Position numbers and translations under genes: made by a program
Notes under the pieces: model-generated
Databases searched by the model: none
What the model was told of the DNA's origin: nothing
What the model saw: the letters and a program-made list of their open reading frames with translations, nothing else
Part shown: piece by piece, positions 38,822 through 53,070 of the stretch
How positions within the stretch are numbered: the stretch's first letter is position 1
How the letters are laid out: each line of letters starts with the position of its first letter
Origin: Octopus sinensis
Lineage: Eukaryota
Length of the DNA: 64,000 nucleotides
Reading direction: 5' to 3'
Assembly (NCBI RefSeq): GCF_006345805.1
Contig: NC_043026.1
Location: 8,246,001-8,310,000 of the forward strand

Positions 38822-39052
38822 GGTACTACTAGCGAACAGTGGTCCTGGTGCTCGCATCCGCGCTAGCTAGTCGTGACTAGTCGATCCTACAACGACCCCA
38901 TAGCAAAGTGAATAAAACACAAAATATATAATTTTTTTTTAATACAAAGTAAATAACACAAAAACACAAAGTAAAGATCGACTAGTCATGACTAGCTAGC
39001 ACGGATGCGCGACTGCGCGTGTGCACGCACCGGGACTGTTCGCTAGTAGTAC
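38822..39052. mobile_element. MITE-like element, TIR ggtactactagcgaacagt, inserted in TA repeat
   Basis: Terminal and subterminal inverted repeats with an A-rich core. Confidence 0.7.
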
Positions 39053-39125
39053 CTATATATATATATAATATATATATATTATATAATATACTGCATATAG
39101 TACCTATATATATATATATATATAT

Positions 39126-39521
39126 ATTTATTATATAGAAGGAGCTTCTACAGGACTAGTACTGTTTCATTCAAGAGAAATCTTCAGGAAGCTATTTAAC
39201 AAGAATTGTATTAGCATTTATACATTTAGGCAGGTTTAAAGGAGTGGTGGTGGGGGACTTTTTTGGGGGTAGGCATAGCGCAAAATATCATACTTGGGGG
39301 AGTGGTCAAGGAGTCAGTGGTAAGTTAGGTGAAAGAATAGATAAATAAAAAAATAAAAATAAAAAATAAAAAAATAAAAATAAAATGTGTGCACATACAT
39401 ACATAAACACATATACATACACACACACATACGTACACATGTGTGCCTATACATACCTACACATACACACATACACATACACACATACACATACATACAT
39501 ATATACACATATATATACACA

Positions 39522-39566
<45 letters not shown>

Positions 39567-39914
39567 TATATACACAATCCAATACAGGCCCATTCCCTAA
39601 TTTTAATTTTATTATCTTCATTTATTACTTTTGTTATCTTTGATCGCTAGAGCTAAGGATCCTGGCGATGGCAGCATGTCCAAATTGTCTGTCTACTAGA
39701 AGGCAAGTACTCGTTCCCGCACGCACACTCATTAGCACGTACATACACCCATTCGTACACTCATACACATACACGTACGCACGCGTTATATCCATACATA
39801 CAAACATCTACATACGTTCACGTATATACACATACGTACTCGTACCTACAGATTCATGTCTACACTTTAGGAGGCTAGTCTATATATATACACCAATAAA
39901 TATACATATATATG

Positions 39915-39958
<44 letters not shown>

Positions 39959-40331
39959 TACACACACACACACACATATATATACTCCTACATACATATA
40001 CATACCTATATATATATATATATATACCCACACATACATGTACATATATATATATATACATATACATACATATATATACATATATATACATATATATATA
40101 CATATATACATACATACATACACACACACCCATATATATACACCACATACATACACATATATATACATACACAAACATATATACACACACATATATATAT
40201 ACATATACATATATACACATACATACACACACCTACATACATATACACACAAACACATACATACGTAAACATACATACATACATCCATACATCCATACTT
40301 ACATGCACTTATACGCATACACACACCCCCA

Positions 40332-40386
<55 letters not shown>

Positions 40387-40925
40387 TCACACATACATAT
40401 ACAAATATACGCCCACACATACATACATACATACACGTATACGCATACACGCACATACACATATACATGCGTACCCATACACGTGCCCACACGCACATGC
40501 ATCCATATGTATACACCACCACACATATATACACGTGTGCAAGCATACATACATACTCATACACGCACACATACTTACATATACATATATGCACACACTT
40601 ACACACATATATACATACACATATACATGCATACATACATATATGCATACATACACATACACGTACATACACATATACACATGCGTACCCATACACGTGC
40701 ACGCACGCACGCGCATCCATATATATACACACCACACATATATACACGTGTGCAAGCATACATACATACTCATACACGCGCACATACTTACATATACTTA
40801 TGCACACACTTCCCCACATATATACATACACATATACATGCATACATACATATATGCATACATACACACACGCGCACTCATATATACATATATATATACA
40901 CACACATACACATATATACATATAC

Positions 40926-40983
<58 letters not shown>

Positions 40984-41189
40984 CACATATACATACATAT
41001 ACACATACATATATATACACATATACACATACATATACATGCACACATACACACACATACACATACATACATATATATATATATATATACACATATATAC
41101 ACACACATACACATATACACATACATATATACACACATACATACATATACATACACACACACATACATATATACACGGATACACATACC

Positions 41190-41235
<46 letters not shown>

Positions 41236-41722
41236 TATACACATGCATATACTTGTATCTCTACATACTCACATATAAACATATATATATATACACACAC
41301 ACATATATATACATGTACACACACATACACATATACATACATATATACACATGCACACATACACACATATATATATATATACACATATACATATACATAC
41401 ATATATACACATGCACACATACACACATATATATATATATACACATATACATATACATATATATACATATATATACACATACATATACATATACATATAC
41501 CCCCATATATATACATATATATATTATATACACATATACATACTACACACACACATACATATACACATATACATGTATACATACGCAATAATGATACACA
41601 TATATACACATACACACACACAGACAGATGCATATACATACATATATATATAAAATTACATATCTATATAAATACATACATAGAACACATATACACACAC
41701 ATATATACATACATATACATAC

Positions 41723-41754
<32 letters not shown>

Positions 41755-42309
41755 CATATATATACATACATATACATATATATACATATACACATACACA
41801 TGCATATACATATACAAATATACATACACATGCATACACACACACGCGCGCACATACATATACACACACACATATACAAATACATACATACACACATACA
41901 CACACACACATATATATACATACATGTACACATACACATACATATATATATCAACAAGGGAGGGTAAAGTTAATTAGTTATTAATCAAATTCACCAAGAA
42001 TTCAGTATGTAAAGGGACCATTATTATTTTGAGTAAACAATGTTAGAGGGAAAAAATTCTCTAAGTAGTGGAAGAGGCTAAAACCCTTTATTGGCTGCTA
42101 TTTCTAGAAAGTTTAGTATGTGGCAAAGTAATTTATTTTATTTTATTTTACTAAGCCCTAATTATATAATATAATATTTTATACATACATACACATACAA
42201 AACCACATACATTTACACGTATATACACATATACGTACAAGCACATATACATATATACACACACACGCACACGTACAAGCACATACATATATACACATAT
42301 ATATACATA

Positions 42310-42341
<32 letters not shown>

Positions 42342-42566
42342 TCACATATGTATGTATATATGTATAGAATGCATGGGTACAGTAGGAATATACGCATGTA
42401 TTATGTGTGTGTGTGTGTATGCATGCATATTAAAAAAAAAAAAAAAATAAAAAAAAAAAAAAAAAAATAAAAAAATAAAAATAAAAATAAAAAAAAATAA
42501 AAATAAAAAAAAAAAATAAAAAAAAAAATATATATATGTATATATGTTTGCATATGTGAATATATA

Positions 42567-42639
<73 letters not shown>

Positions 42640-43160
42640 GTATGTGCTTGTACGTGTGCGTGTGTGTGTATATATGTATATGTGCTTGTACGTATATGTG
42701 TATATACGTGTAAATGTATGTGGTTTTGTATGTGTATGTATGTATAAAATATTATATTATATAATTAGGGCTTAGTAAAATAAAATAAAATAAATTACTT
42801 TGCCACATACTAAACTTTCTAGAAATAGCAGCCAATAAAGGGTTTTAGCCTCTTCCACTACTTAGAGAATTTTTTCCCTCTAACATTGTTTACTCAAAAT
42901 AATAATGGTCCCTTTACATACTGAATTCTTGGTGAATTTGATTAATAACTAATTAACTTTACCCTCCCTTGTTGATATATATATGTATGTGTATGTGTAC
43001 ATGTATGTATATATATGTGTGTGGTGTATGTGTGTATTATTGTATTGTATATGTGTGTGTGTATATGTATGTGCGCGCGTGTGTGTGTATGCATGTGTAT
43101 GTATATTTGTATATGTATATGCATGTGTATGTGTATATTATATATGTATATGTATGTATA

Positions 43161-43199
<39 letters not shown>

Positions 43200-43621
43200 A
43201 TGTATGTATATATGTGTGTGTATATGTGTACTATGTATGTATTTATATAGATATGTAATTTTTATATATATATGTATGTATATGCTTCTGTCTGTGTGTG
43301 TGTATGTGTATATATGTGTATCATTATTGCGTATGTATACATGTATATGTGTATATGTATGTGTGTGTGTGTATGTATATGTGTGTATATATATATATAT
43401 ATGTATATATGTGGGGGTATATGTATATGTATATGTATGTGTATATATATGTATATATATGTATATGTATATGTGTATATATATATATATGTGTGTATGT
43501 GTGCATGTGTATATATGTATGTATATGTGTATGTGTGTGTACATGTATATATATGTGTGTGTGTATATATATATATGTTTATATGTGAGTATGTAGAGAT
43601 ATAAGTATATGCATGTGTATA

Positions 43622-43673
<52 letters not shown>

Positions 43674-43879
43674 GGTATGTGTATCCGTGTATATAGATGT
43701 GGTTGTGTGTATGTATATGTATGTATGTGTGTATATATGTATGTGTATATGTGTATGTGTGTGTATATATGTGTATATATATATATATATATGTATGTAT
43801 GTGTATGTGTAGTGTGTGTGTATGTGTGCATGTATGTGTATGTGTATATGTGTAGATATATGTATGTGTATATGTATGT

Positions 43880-43944
<65 letters not shown>

Positions 43945-44492
43945 TGTATATATATGTATATGTATATATGTGTATGTGTGTGTATAATATATGTATATAT
44001 GAGTGCGCGTGTGTGTATGTATGCATATATGTATGTATGCATGTATATGTGTATGTATATATGTGTGGAAGTGTGTGCATATATGTATATGTAAGTATGT
44101 GCGCGTGTATGTATGTATGTATGCTTGCACACGTGTATATATGTGTGCGTGGTATATATATGGATGCGCGTGCGTGCGTGCACGTGTATGGGTACGCATG
44201 TGTATATGTGTATGTACGTGTATGTGTATGTATGCATATATGTATGTATGCATGTATAGTGTATGTATATATGTGTGTAAGTGTGTGCATATATGTATAT
44301 GTAAGTATGTGTGCGTGTATGAGTATGTATGTATGCTTGCACACGTGTATATATGTGTGTGTGTGTATACATATGGATGCATGTGCGTGTGTGCACGTGT
44401 ATGGGTACGCATGTATATGTGTATGTGCGTGTATGCGTATACGTGTATGTATGTATGTATGTGTGGGCGTATATTTGTATATGTATGTGTGA

Positions 44493-44545
<53 letters not shown>

Positions 44546-45743
44546 TGGGGGTGTGTGTATGCGTATAAGTGCATGTAAGTATGGATGTATGGATGTATGT
44601 ATGTATGTTTACGTATGTATGTGTTTGTGTGTATATGTATGTAGGTGTGTGTATGTATGTGTGTATATATGTATATGTATATATATATGTGTGTGTATAT
44701 ATGTTTGTGTATGTATATATATGTGTATGTATGTGTGTGTATATATATGGGTGTGTGTGTATGTATGTATGTATATATGTATATATATATGTATATATAT
44801 GTATATATATGTATGTATATGTATATATATATATATGTACATGTATGTGTGGGTATATATATATATATATATAGGTATGTATATGTATGTAGGAGTATAT
44901 ATATGTGTGTGTGTGTGTGTATGTGTATATGTGTATATATATATATGTATATATATATACATATTATGTATATTTATTGGTGTATATATATAGACTAGCC
45001 TCCTAAAGTGTAGACATGAATCTGTAGGTACGAGTACGTATGTGTATATACGTGAACGTATGTAGATGTTTGTATGTATGGATAAACGCGTGCGTACGGT
45101 ATGTGTATGAGTGTACGAATGGGTGTATGTACGTGCTAATGAGTGTGCGTGCGGGAACGAGTACTTGCCTTCTAGTAGACAGACAATTTGGACATGCTGC
45201 CATCGCCAGGATCCTTAGCTCTAGCGATCAAAGATAACAAAAGTAATAAATGAAGATAATAAAATTAAAATTAGGGAATGGGCCTGTATTGGATTGTGTA
45301 TATATATATGTGTATATATATATATATATATAATATATATATATATGTGTGTGTATATATATGTGTATATATGTATGTATGTGTATGTGTGTATGTGTAG
45401 GTATGTATAGGCACACATGTGTACGTATGTGTGTGTGTATGTATATGTGTTTATGTATGTATGTGCACACATTTTATTTTTTTATTTTTTTATTTTTTTA
45501 TTTTTTTATTTTTTATCTTTTTATTTATCTATTCTTTCACCTAACTTACCACTGACTCCTTGACCACTCCCCCAAGTATGATATTTTGCGCTATGCCTAC
45601 CCCCAAAAAAGTCCCCCACCACCACTCCTTTAAACCTGCCTAAATGTATAAATGCTAATACAATTCTTGTTAAATAGCTTCCTGAAGATTTCTCTTGAAT
45701 GAAACAGTACTAGTCCTGTAGAAGCTCCTTCTATATAATAAAT
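39126..45743. repeat. Giant inverted repeat: arms 39126-42350 and 42551-45743, ~200-bp A-rich spacer
   Basis: Unique segments mirror exactly (39140-39340 vs 45530-45730; 39600-39900 vs 44970-45290; 41965-42180 vs 42750-42975). Confidence 0.95.
45676..45726 (+). ncRNA. Type I hammerhead motif at outer end of giant inverted repeat (mirror copy on minus at 39143-39193)
   Basis: AGCUUC-CUGAAGA-UUUCUCUUGAAU-GAAAC-AGUACUAGUCCU-GUA|GAAGCU. Stem I is 6 bp and stem III is a near-perfect palindrome; stem II closes with U-U, so it is degenerate. Confidence 0.6.
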
Positions 45744-45809
45744 TAATTTTACTCTGCTATGTATTGAGTACCTTACTTACTGTGGTTAACCCCGGATCAA
45801 CCCGGGACC

Positions 45810-45841
<32 letters not shown>

Positions 45842-45898
45842 CTGCATATAGTACCTATATATATATATATTATATATATATATATACTGCATATAGTA

Positions 45899-45941
<43 letters not shown>

Positions 45942-46213
45942 TGCATTAGTACCTATATATATATATATATATATACTGCATATAGTACCTATATATATAT
46001 ATACCCGTCTATTAAATATCACCCTGAGCACTGCTAGGCTCCCGTATTACAAGACGTCCGATACAAGGAAGTTTGCCCGCGGTTTGGCGCGTGAAACGTG
46101 TTAATATATACATAGAAAAACATGTGTGTGAGTATATATATATATATCTCAGACAGAGAAACTGTGTCAATAAGAGCGGTAGATAAAAATAGAAAGAAAA
46201 AATAAAGACGAAC

Positions 46214-46385
46214 CGTTTTCTTCTCTTCGCGGATCGGCGGCTTTGCATCTGACGGGCACCTTGCTCTCTCCTCCGTTTTTCTTCTGCAGACACTCGTCGA
46301 CAGAAGGCGCCGTAGTGGAGACATTGGTAGTGTTGTAATGTTGGCGATTCACCGAAGCCGTGACTGGCTGAACACACTCCAACAT
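46214..46385 (-). CDS. GUCD1: Candidate GUCD1 first coding exon (proximal): MLECVQPVTASVNRQHYNTTNVSTTAPSVDECLQKKNGGESKVPVRCKAADPRREEN
   Basis: Single-copy, CpG-rich island. ATG-initiated 57 codons + 1 nt ending at a GTTCGT donor; phase 1 matches exon 33803-33887. No sequence homology support. Confidence 0.5.
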
Positions 46386-46568
46386 TTTTCTTGAGCTTTT
46401 TACTAAAAATAGGCCGCGAGAGTGGAAGGTACAGGAATAGTATAAAGAGAGACGGAGAGAGAGAGAGAGAGAGAGACAGACGGAAATAGAAAGACGGAGA
46501 GAGTGAGTGAAAGAAAGAGAGAGAGAGAGACAGAAAGAGTGAAAATGGTAGAGATAGAGACAAAGAAA

Positions 46569-46578
46569 GCGCGGGAAA
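46569..46578 (-). promoter_or_regulatory. E2F-like motif (TTTCCCGCGC) in putative GUCD1 proximal promoter
   Basis: Matches TTTSSCGC, about 185 bp upstream of the candidate ATG in a CpG- and GA-rich single-copy region. Motif match only. Confidence 0.3.
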
Positions 46579-47344
46579 GCTCGTTGGGTTTGCAAGATAA
46601 AGTGTTGTGTGTGTGTGTGTGTTTATGTACCCATTATTCTTCCAGTCATTTGACTGCAGTTGTGCGCTCTTTTTTGCCAAACGGCTAACTTACGGGAACG
46701 TAAACACACCAGCATCGGTTGTCAATGACGGTGGGTAGCAAAAAAACACACACACACACACACATAACTATATATATACTCTTTATTCTTTTAATTGTTT
46801 CAGTCATTTGACTGTGGCCATGCTGGAGCACCGCCTCCTATATAGTCGAGCAAATTGACCCCAGGACTTATTCTTTTGTAAGCCTAGTATCGGTCTCTTG
46901 TCGAACCGCTAGCTTACGGGAACGTAAACACACCAGCATCGGTTGTCAATGAGGGTGGGTGGCAAAAACACACACACACATAACTATATATACTCTTTAT
47001 TCATTTGACTGTGGCCATGCTGGAGCACCGCCTCCTGTATAGTCGAGGAAATCGACCCCAGGACTCATTCTTTGTAAGCTTAGTACTTATTCTATCGGTC
47101 TGTTTTGTCGAACCGCTAGATAACAGGGTCGTAAACACACCAGCATCGGCTGTCAGGCGATGTTGGGGGGACAAACACAGACGTATACATACACATATAT
47201 ACGACGGGCTTCCTTCTGTCTCCGTCTACCAAATCCACTCACAAGGCTTTGGTCGGCCCGAGGCTATAGTAGAAGACACTTGCCCAAGGTGCCACGCAGT
47301 GGGACTGAACCCGGAACCATTTGGTTGGTAAACAAGCTACTTAC

Positions 47345-47388
<44 letters not shown>

Positions 47389-48199
47389 ATCCAAACAAGA
47401 AAGTACAAAAAAAAAACACAACAACGCGAGGACGTGGAACAACTATAGTATTACTGGACGCTCAGGAAAGAAGGAGGGTTTAACGTTTCGAGCGGAGCTC
47501 TTCGTCGTAAACAAAGGAGAAGGAAAGATCCCGAGAAGGGAAGACAGAGGAAAAAAATCGCCAACGGTACACACGAGGTCACATTAATATTATAATATCG
47601 TGGTATCGAAGGGTTAACAAAACTAATGTGGCGACCACACACGATAATTTTAATTAAGACCAAATCTACAGACAGGTCAATGACCAACAAAACTGATCAA
47701 GGGCAACGTGTTAAGAGCAAACGGGACGTTTTTATGAGCTGATAATGAAAAGTGGGGATAGTTTAGGCGATATTTCGGTGACTGTAATACTGATGACACC
47801 GTTTTCGGTGATATTTGAGTCTTAGTAAAACAGCTGTCTCATTCATTGCTGTGAAATTTGAGAATGAAGATAGGGCATGACCTTTAAAAACCCATTCAGT
47901 ACTTTAGTAACATTTGCGAATATCAAGGGCAATTAAGGGATGGCAGAAGAATATGCTAAAGGAAGGTTTTAATGATTTTGAGATGGACGAGAGGGAGAGA
48001 AAGAGAGAGAGAGAGATAGAAAGAGAGAGAAAGAGAAATATATAGAGAGAAAGAGAGAAATATATATATGTATAGAGAGAGGGAGAGAAAGAGAGAAATA
48101 TATATATATATATAGAGAGAGAGAATGAGAGAGAAAGAAAGAGAGAGAGAAAAAGAGGAAAGCAAGAATGCTTACTTATTGAACGTTCTGTGTTGTCTT

Positions 48200-49215
48200 T
48201 CAAGCTACAACGACCGAGTTGTCTCCTCTGAGAGAACGGACGATTGAATTATCGCCCCTGAAATTGTCCACCTCTAAGCAGGAAAAGGAAGAGATTGAAG
48301 TGGTTGGTGATTTCATCTTCCTTGGCTCCAAAATAAATCGAGATGGTGACTGCACTCCAGAAATAAGACGGCGGATAGTACTAGGCAGAGAGGCAATGGT
48401 CAGCATGAGCAGGGTCTGGAAGAGTAGAGACATCAGGCTCACTACCAAATGCAGATTGGTGAATGCAATTGTCTTCCCAATAGCAACATATAGATGCGAG
48501 ACCTGGACACTAAAGAAAGCTGACCAGAAGAGAATTAATGCATTTGAGCTTTGGTGTTGGAGAAGACTTTTACGGATTCCATGGACAGCGAGGCTCACCA
48601 ATGGAGAAGTTCTTAAGCAGATCAGGCCGAAAATGTCGCTAGAAGCTGGGATCACCAAGCATAGATTGGCATATTTTGGTCATATTATACGGAGAAAATC
48701 CCTGGAGAAGGACATCATGCTCGGAATGGTCAGTGGCAAGAGAGGAAGAGGCCGACCAATGGAGAAGTTCTTAAGCAGATCAGGCCGAAAATGTCGCTAG
48801 AGGCTAGGATCACCAAGCATAGATTGGCATATTTCGGTCATATTATGTGGAGAAAATCCCTGGAGAAGGACATCATGCTTGGAATGGTCAGTAGCAAGAG
48901 AGGAAGAGGCCGACCAATGGAGAAGTTCTTAAGCAGATCAGGCCGAAAATGTCGCTAGAAGCTGGGATCACCAAGCATAGATTGGCATATTTCGGTCATA
49001 TTATGCGGAGAGAATCCCTGGAGAAGGACATCATGCTTACAATGGTCAGTGGCAAGAGAGGAAGAGGCCGACCAAGAACCCGCTGGTTTGACTCCATCAA
49101 GAGTGATACCGGAATGGACATAGCTAATCTGAAAGAAGCGGCCCAGGATAGAACTGACTGGAGGACACTGATCCAACGAGTAACCGAGGGTCGACTTCGA
49201 CTGAGCGGATAGATA
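48200..49215 (+). mobile_element. RTE (BovB-like) LINE 3' fragment with 158-bp internal triplication
   Basis: FIFLGSKI...EIRRRI..GR, YRCETWTL...INAFELWCWRRLLRIPW, GKRGRGRPR.RW motifs. Extra tail fragment at 49550-49735. Confidence 0.9.
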
Positions 49216-49221
49216 GATACA

Positions 49222-49254
<33 letters not shown>

Positions 49255-49331
49255 TTAAAATTACTAAGTCTCTAGGTAAATAGAAACCTTCGAACAGAGA
49301 CGTCAGTGGCGACACCTGCGGGTCTGACTGC

Positions 49332-49373
49332 GCTACATTGACAAAGGGCAATACCCCGAAACACGTCTGTAGC
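49332..49373 (+). ncRNA. Decayed hammerhead motif inside a short element with inverted ends
   Basis: GCUACA-UUGACAA-AGGGCAAUACCCC-GAAAC-AC-GUC|UGUAGC. Stems are intact but the core CUGACGA is mutated. Flanked by aaccttcgaaca/tgttcgaaggtt. Confidence 0.5.
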
Positions 49374-52162
49374 TGTCGGACTGGCAGTGTGAAGCGGCTG
49401 ACCTCCCTTGTTCGAAGGTTATAATGGATACAGATCGTGTATCAATAGCTATCTTGATGGCGGTGGCCTCATGGAGCTGACTAGCGGCAGCGATTATTCT
49501 TATATCTATAAGAATGCCATATTAATGTGGCGATAACAATTAATTATATATATATGCTCGGAATGGTCAGTGGCAAGAGAGGAAGAGGTCGACCAAGAAT
49601 CCGCTGGCTTGACACCATCAGGAGTGATACCGGAATGGACATAGCCAGTCTGAAAGAAGCGGCCCAGGATAGAACTGACTGGAGGACACTGATCCAACGA
49701 GTGACCGAGGGTCGACTTCGACTGAGCCGATAGAGGGAAACAGGAAAAAAAATTAGTAGGAAAAGTTAGGTTTAAGAGTCTCAATCTTCATCTTATTTTT
49801 CATATGAATTAATAGTGGAGTGGGTATATACACGTCAGTTAATTGCAGGGTTTGTTAACCCCTTACCCAACAATTATTTTGAAAATAAATGTATTTTTTC
49901 AGACATTTTTTATTAGTTTCAGTCAATACATGCTCTATAACTCTTTCATCTATATACAAAGAAAAAAAAATCAAAAGGACTCATTGTCACTGCCAGACGT
50001 ATAAAGTGAGTGAATATACTCTTATATGTCAAAAAAGAGTTTATAATAGACGAAGGAACTCGTTTGCTGTCGATTTTGGCGAGTATCTTTTGACGAGTTA
50101 ACTCGCCAGAGATAGAAAAAAACGATTTCGGTCAAAACGCATATATTCGTTTCTGCCGGGTAAGGGGTACGAGTCCAATCAATCTATATATAAAAATAGG
50201 GAGCTTGACTCAGAGATTGGTGAGGGTTAATTGTGTGCCTTGCTGTTCTGAGGAATATTGATAATACCCTGCTTTCGCTTATTGCTTTAGTAATAATCCT
50301 GTCTTCTATGGGCTTGGATTTGTGGGGCAGTTGATCACAGACCCTGGTATTTAATTTAAATTTACGAACCCCGAAAGGCTAAGTTGACCTCGGCAGACGA
50401 AATTTTCGTTGGCCGACTAACGATTGTGAGAGCTCGCTACTTTATTAATAACTATCAGTATTGCCCGGCATTGTTCGGGTTTGTTTCGACCCTTTAGAAT
50501 GGAATTTTTGAAAAGTAAAAATTTTGCATTATGTAGCTTGTTATTCTCTTTAAGCGAACATTTTTCTGGTTGAAATACACCGAAAAATGGCGACACAGCA
50601 GTAAAAAAAATCGTATAAAATAGGGATTTTCATAGAAAATAAGCACCTTTTTGATGTAAATAATTTTTGGTGTTAACATGGTCCGATTTGAATTTTGTCT
50701 TCTATGGAAGGAAGAGCAAGCCTTCTTCTATCGTACTCTCAATTTTGGTCATCTTGTGCCACAGGGTCTCGGAGGAGATAGTGTTAGTTGAAGGCTACCA
50801 AACCTGCCACACACAGACAACTTCAGCTTTATATATAGAGAGATAATAAAAAAACAAAACAATTTTTCACGTTTGTTTATTTCAATTTATTCCCATGCAA
50901 ACATGGGCAATTAGTATACATATATCATTAGAAAAACTGAAAAAATAAAACAAAAAGAAATATGGAAATAAAATAAATATACAAGTTAAAAAAAAAAACC
51001 CACACAACTTGCCATTCGTCGCCAGATTAAAGAAATGAAATAAAAAGGAGGGGGGTAGGGGCACAGTCTGAGATGTACTCCAGCTTTGGGTTGTCAACTT
51101 CTGACGTTGTCTCAAAGGGCACCTTTGAAACATTTAGGGTATCTTGAGGGCTGTAAATTCAACAGCTTTCTTTCCTTACCCAGGCCTCAATGTAAGGAAA
51201 GGGTGCCACTTATATGTGACACCAGTTATGAGTCTCCTCAAGCACGGCATATTGCCAAAGCTCTTGGGTCACTTATTGTTTATCGGCATTGGAAATTACA
51301 GCTGTGATACCAGTGCCGGTGGCACGCAAGAGAACCATCCGAACGTGGCTGTTGCCAGCGCCGCCCCGACTGGCTTCCGTGCCGGTGGCACGTAAAAAGC
51401 ACCAATCCGATTGTGGCCGTTTGCCAGCCTCGCCTGGCACCTGTGCCGATGGCACATAAAAAGCACCCACTACACTAACGGAGTGGTTGGCGTTAGGAAG
51501 GGCATACAGCAGTAGAAACACTGCCAGATCAGACTGGGCCTGGTGCAGTCTTCTGGCTTCCCAGACCCCAGTTGAACTGTCCAAACCATGCTAGCGTGGA
51601 AAGCGGACGCTAAATGATGATGATGATATATATATATATATATATATATGGCACATAAAAACACCATCCGAGCGTGGCCGTCTGCCAGCCTCGTCTGGCA
51701 CCTGTGTCGGTGGCACATAAAAACACCATCCGAGCGTGGCCGTCTGCCAGCCTCGTCTGGCACCTGTGTCGGTGGCACATAAAAACACCATCCGAGCGTG
51801 GCCGTCTGCCAGCCTCGTCTGGCACCTGTGTCGGTGGCACATAAAAACACCATCCGAGCGTGGCCGTTTGCCAGCCTCGTCTGGCACCTGTGTCGGTGGC
51901 ACATAAAATCACCCACTACACTCTCGGAGTGGTTGGCGTTAGGAAGGGCATCCAGCTGTAGAAACACTGCCAGATCTGACTGGACTGGTGCAGCTTTCGG
52001 GCTCCCCAGACCCCAGTTGAACCGTCCAACCCATGCTAGCATGGAAAGCGGACGTTAAATGATGATGATGATGATGATGATATATATAAGTTAGGTACAA
52101 TAAATTCAGGGTGAATACTTGATAAATGTAAGCACCTGTATATGCCATAGGTGATAGGATAT

Positions 52163-52575
52163 ATGTATCAAATGAAGTAAATGAAAAACAGGATGCAAAG
52201 GATTTTGCGGTACATATGTTTCGGGCTTTATTGAACAACTTATTCTTATATCAATGCATAATTGATATAACAGATAGATCAAAAGCCTTCTTCAGCCGCG
52301 TACAATTACCACATCGAAGACATGTATCACATTATAACAGGTTTGAGAAAAAACCGAGTTTCATTAGGAAAGTAAATCCTCGGTTTATTCTCAAACTTTT
52401 TATAATGTGATACAAGTCTTTGGTGTGGCAATTGTACGCGGCTGAAGAAGGCTTTTGATCTATCTGTTATATCAATTATGCATTGATATAAGAATAAGTT
52501 GTTCAATAAAGCCCGAAACATATGTACCGCAAAATCCTTTGCATCCTGTTTTTCATTTACATCATTTGATACATA
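52163..52575. repeat. Palindrome with ~190-bp arms
   Basis: Identical ORF starts on both strands (52216+ and 52521-); the arms diverge only towards the centre. Confidence 0.9.
52438..52530 (+). ncRNA. Type I hammerhead motif (right arm of palindrome; mirror copy on minus at about 52207-52299)
   Basis: GCGG-CUGAAGA-AGGCUUU...AAAGCCC-GAAAC-AUAU-GUA|CCGC. Stem III is palindromic; A-C mismatch at the base of stem II. Confidence 0.7.
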
Positions 52576-53024
52576 TATATATATATATATACATCTTCCT
52601 ATCTAACTTTTTACATACACACACATGTGAGTGTGTGTGTGTATATATAAAGTTAGATAGGTATAAAAATAGGTAATCTGCTGCAAAGGCAGACAGAAAG
52701 TTGGCCACACAGACAGACAGAGGTACAAAAAGATATAGAGATAGCCGAGATAAACATATAGACAAACAGGACAGACAGACGAAACAGACAGGTAGACAAG
52801 ACAGATACAGATACAGATAACCTGGTGGGTAGGCAGACAGACAGAATGATAGACGTGTAGATATACAGATAGATATACAGGTAGTCTGCTGGGCAGGTAG
52901 ACAAAGAGGTAGAATATGTAAATAATGAGATAAATAGTTTGGAAGGGTGACTTAATCGATGCCATAGAAATTAAACAACTGGCTTCACATATGCTGAACC
53001 AATAGAGCCCAACATTATACAAAC

Positions 53025-53070
53025 CTGTGTCCCATTTGGCTTGTGGGTGTTTAGGGTCACTACAGCACAT
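53025..53070 (-). CDS. Candidate GUCD1 first coding exon (distal): MCCSDPKHPQAKWDT
   Basis: ACGACC-ATG, 15 codons + 1 nt, CAG|GTTTGT donor. Phase 1 is compatible with exon 33803-33887 and the length resembles the short vertebrate GUCD1 N-terminus. Linkage is inferred only. Confidence 0.35.

Noticed and set aside
50880-51300. Single-copy minus-strand segment with an acceptor and AATAAA that looks like a terminal exon
   Set aside because: No frame gives a recognisable protein and it cannot be assigned to a gene from sequence alone.
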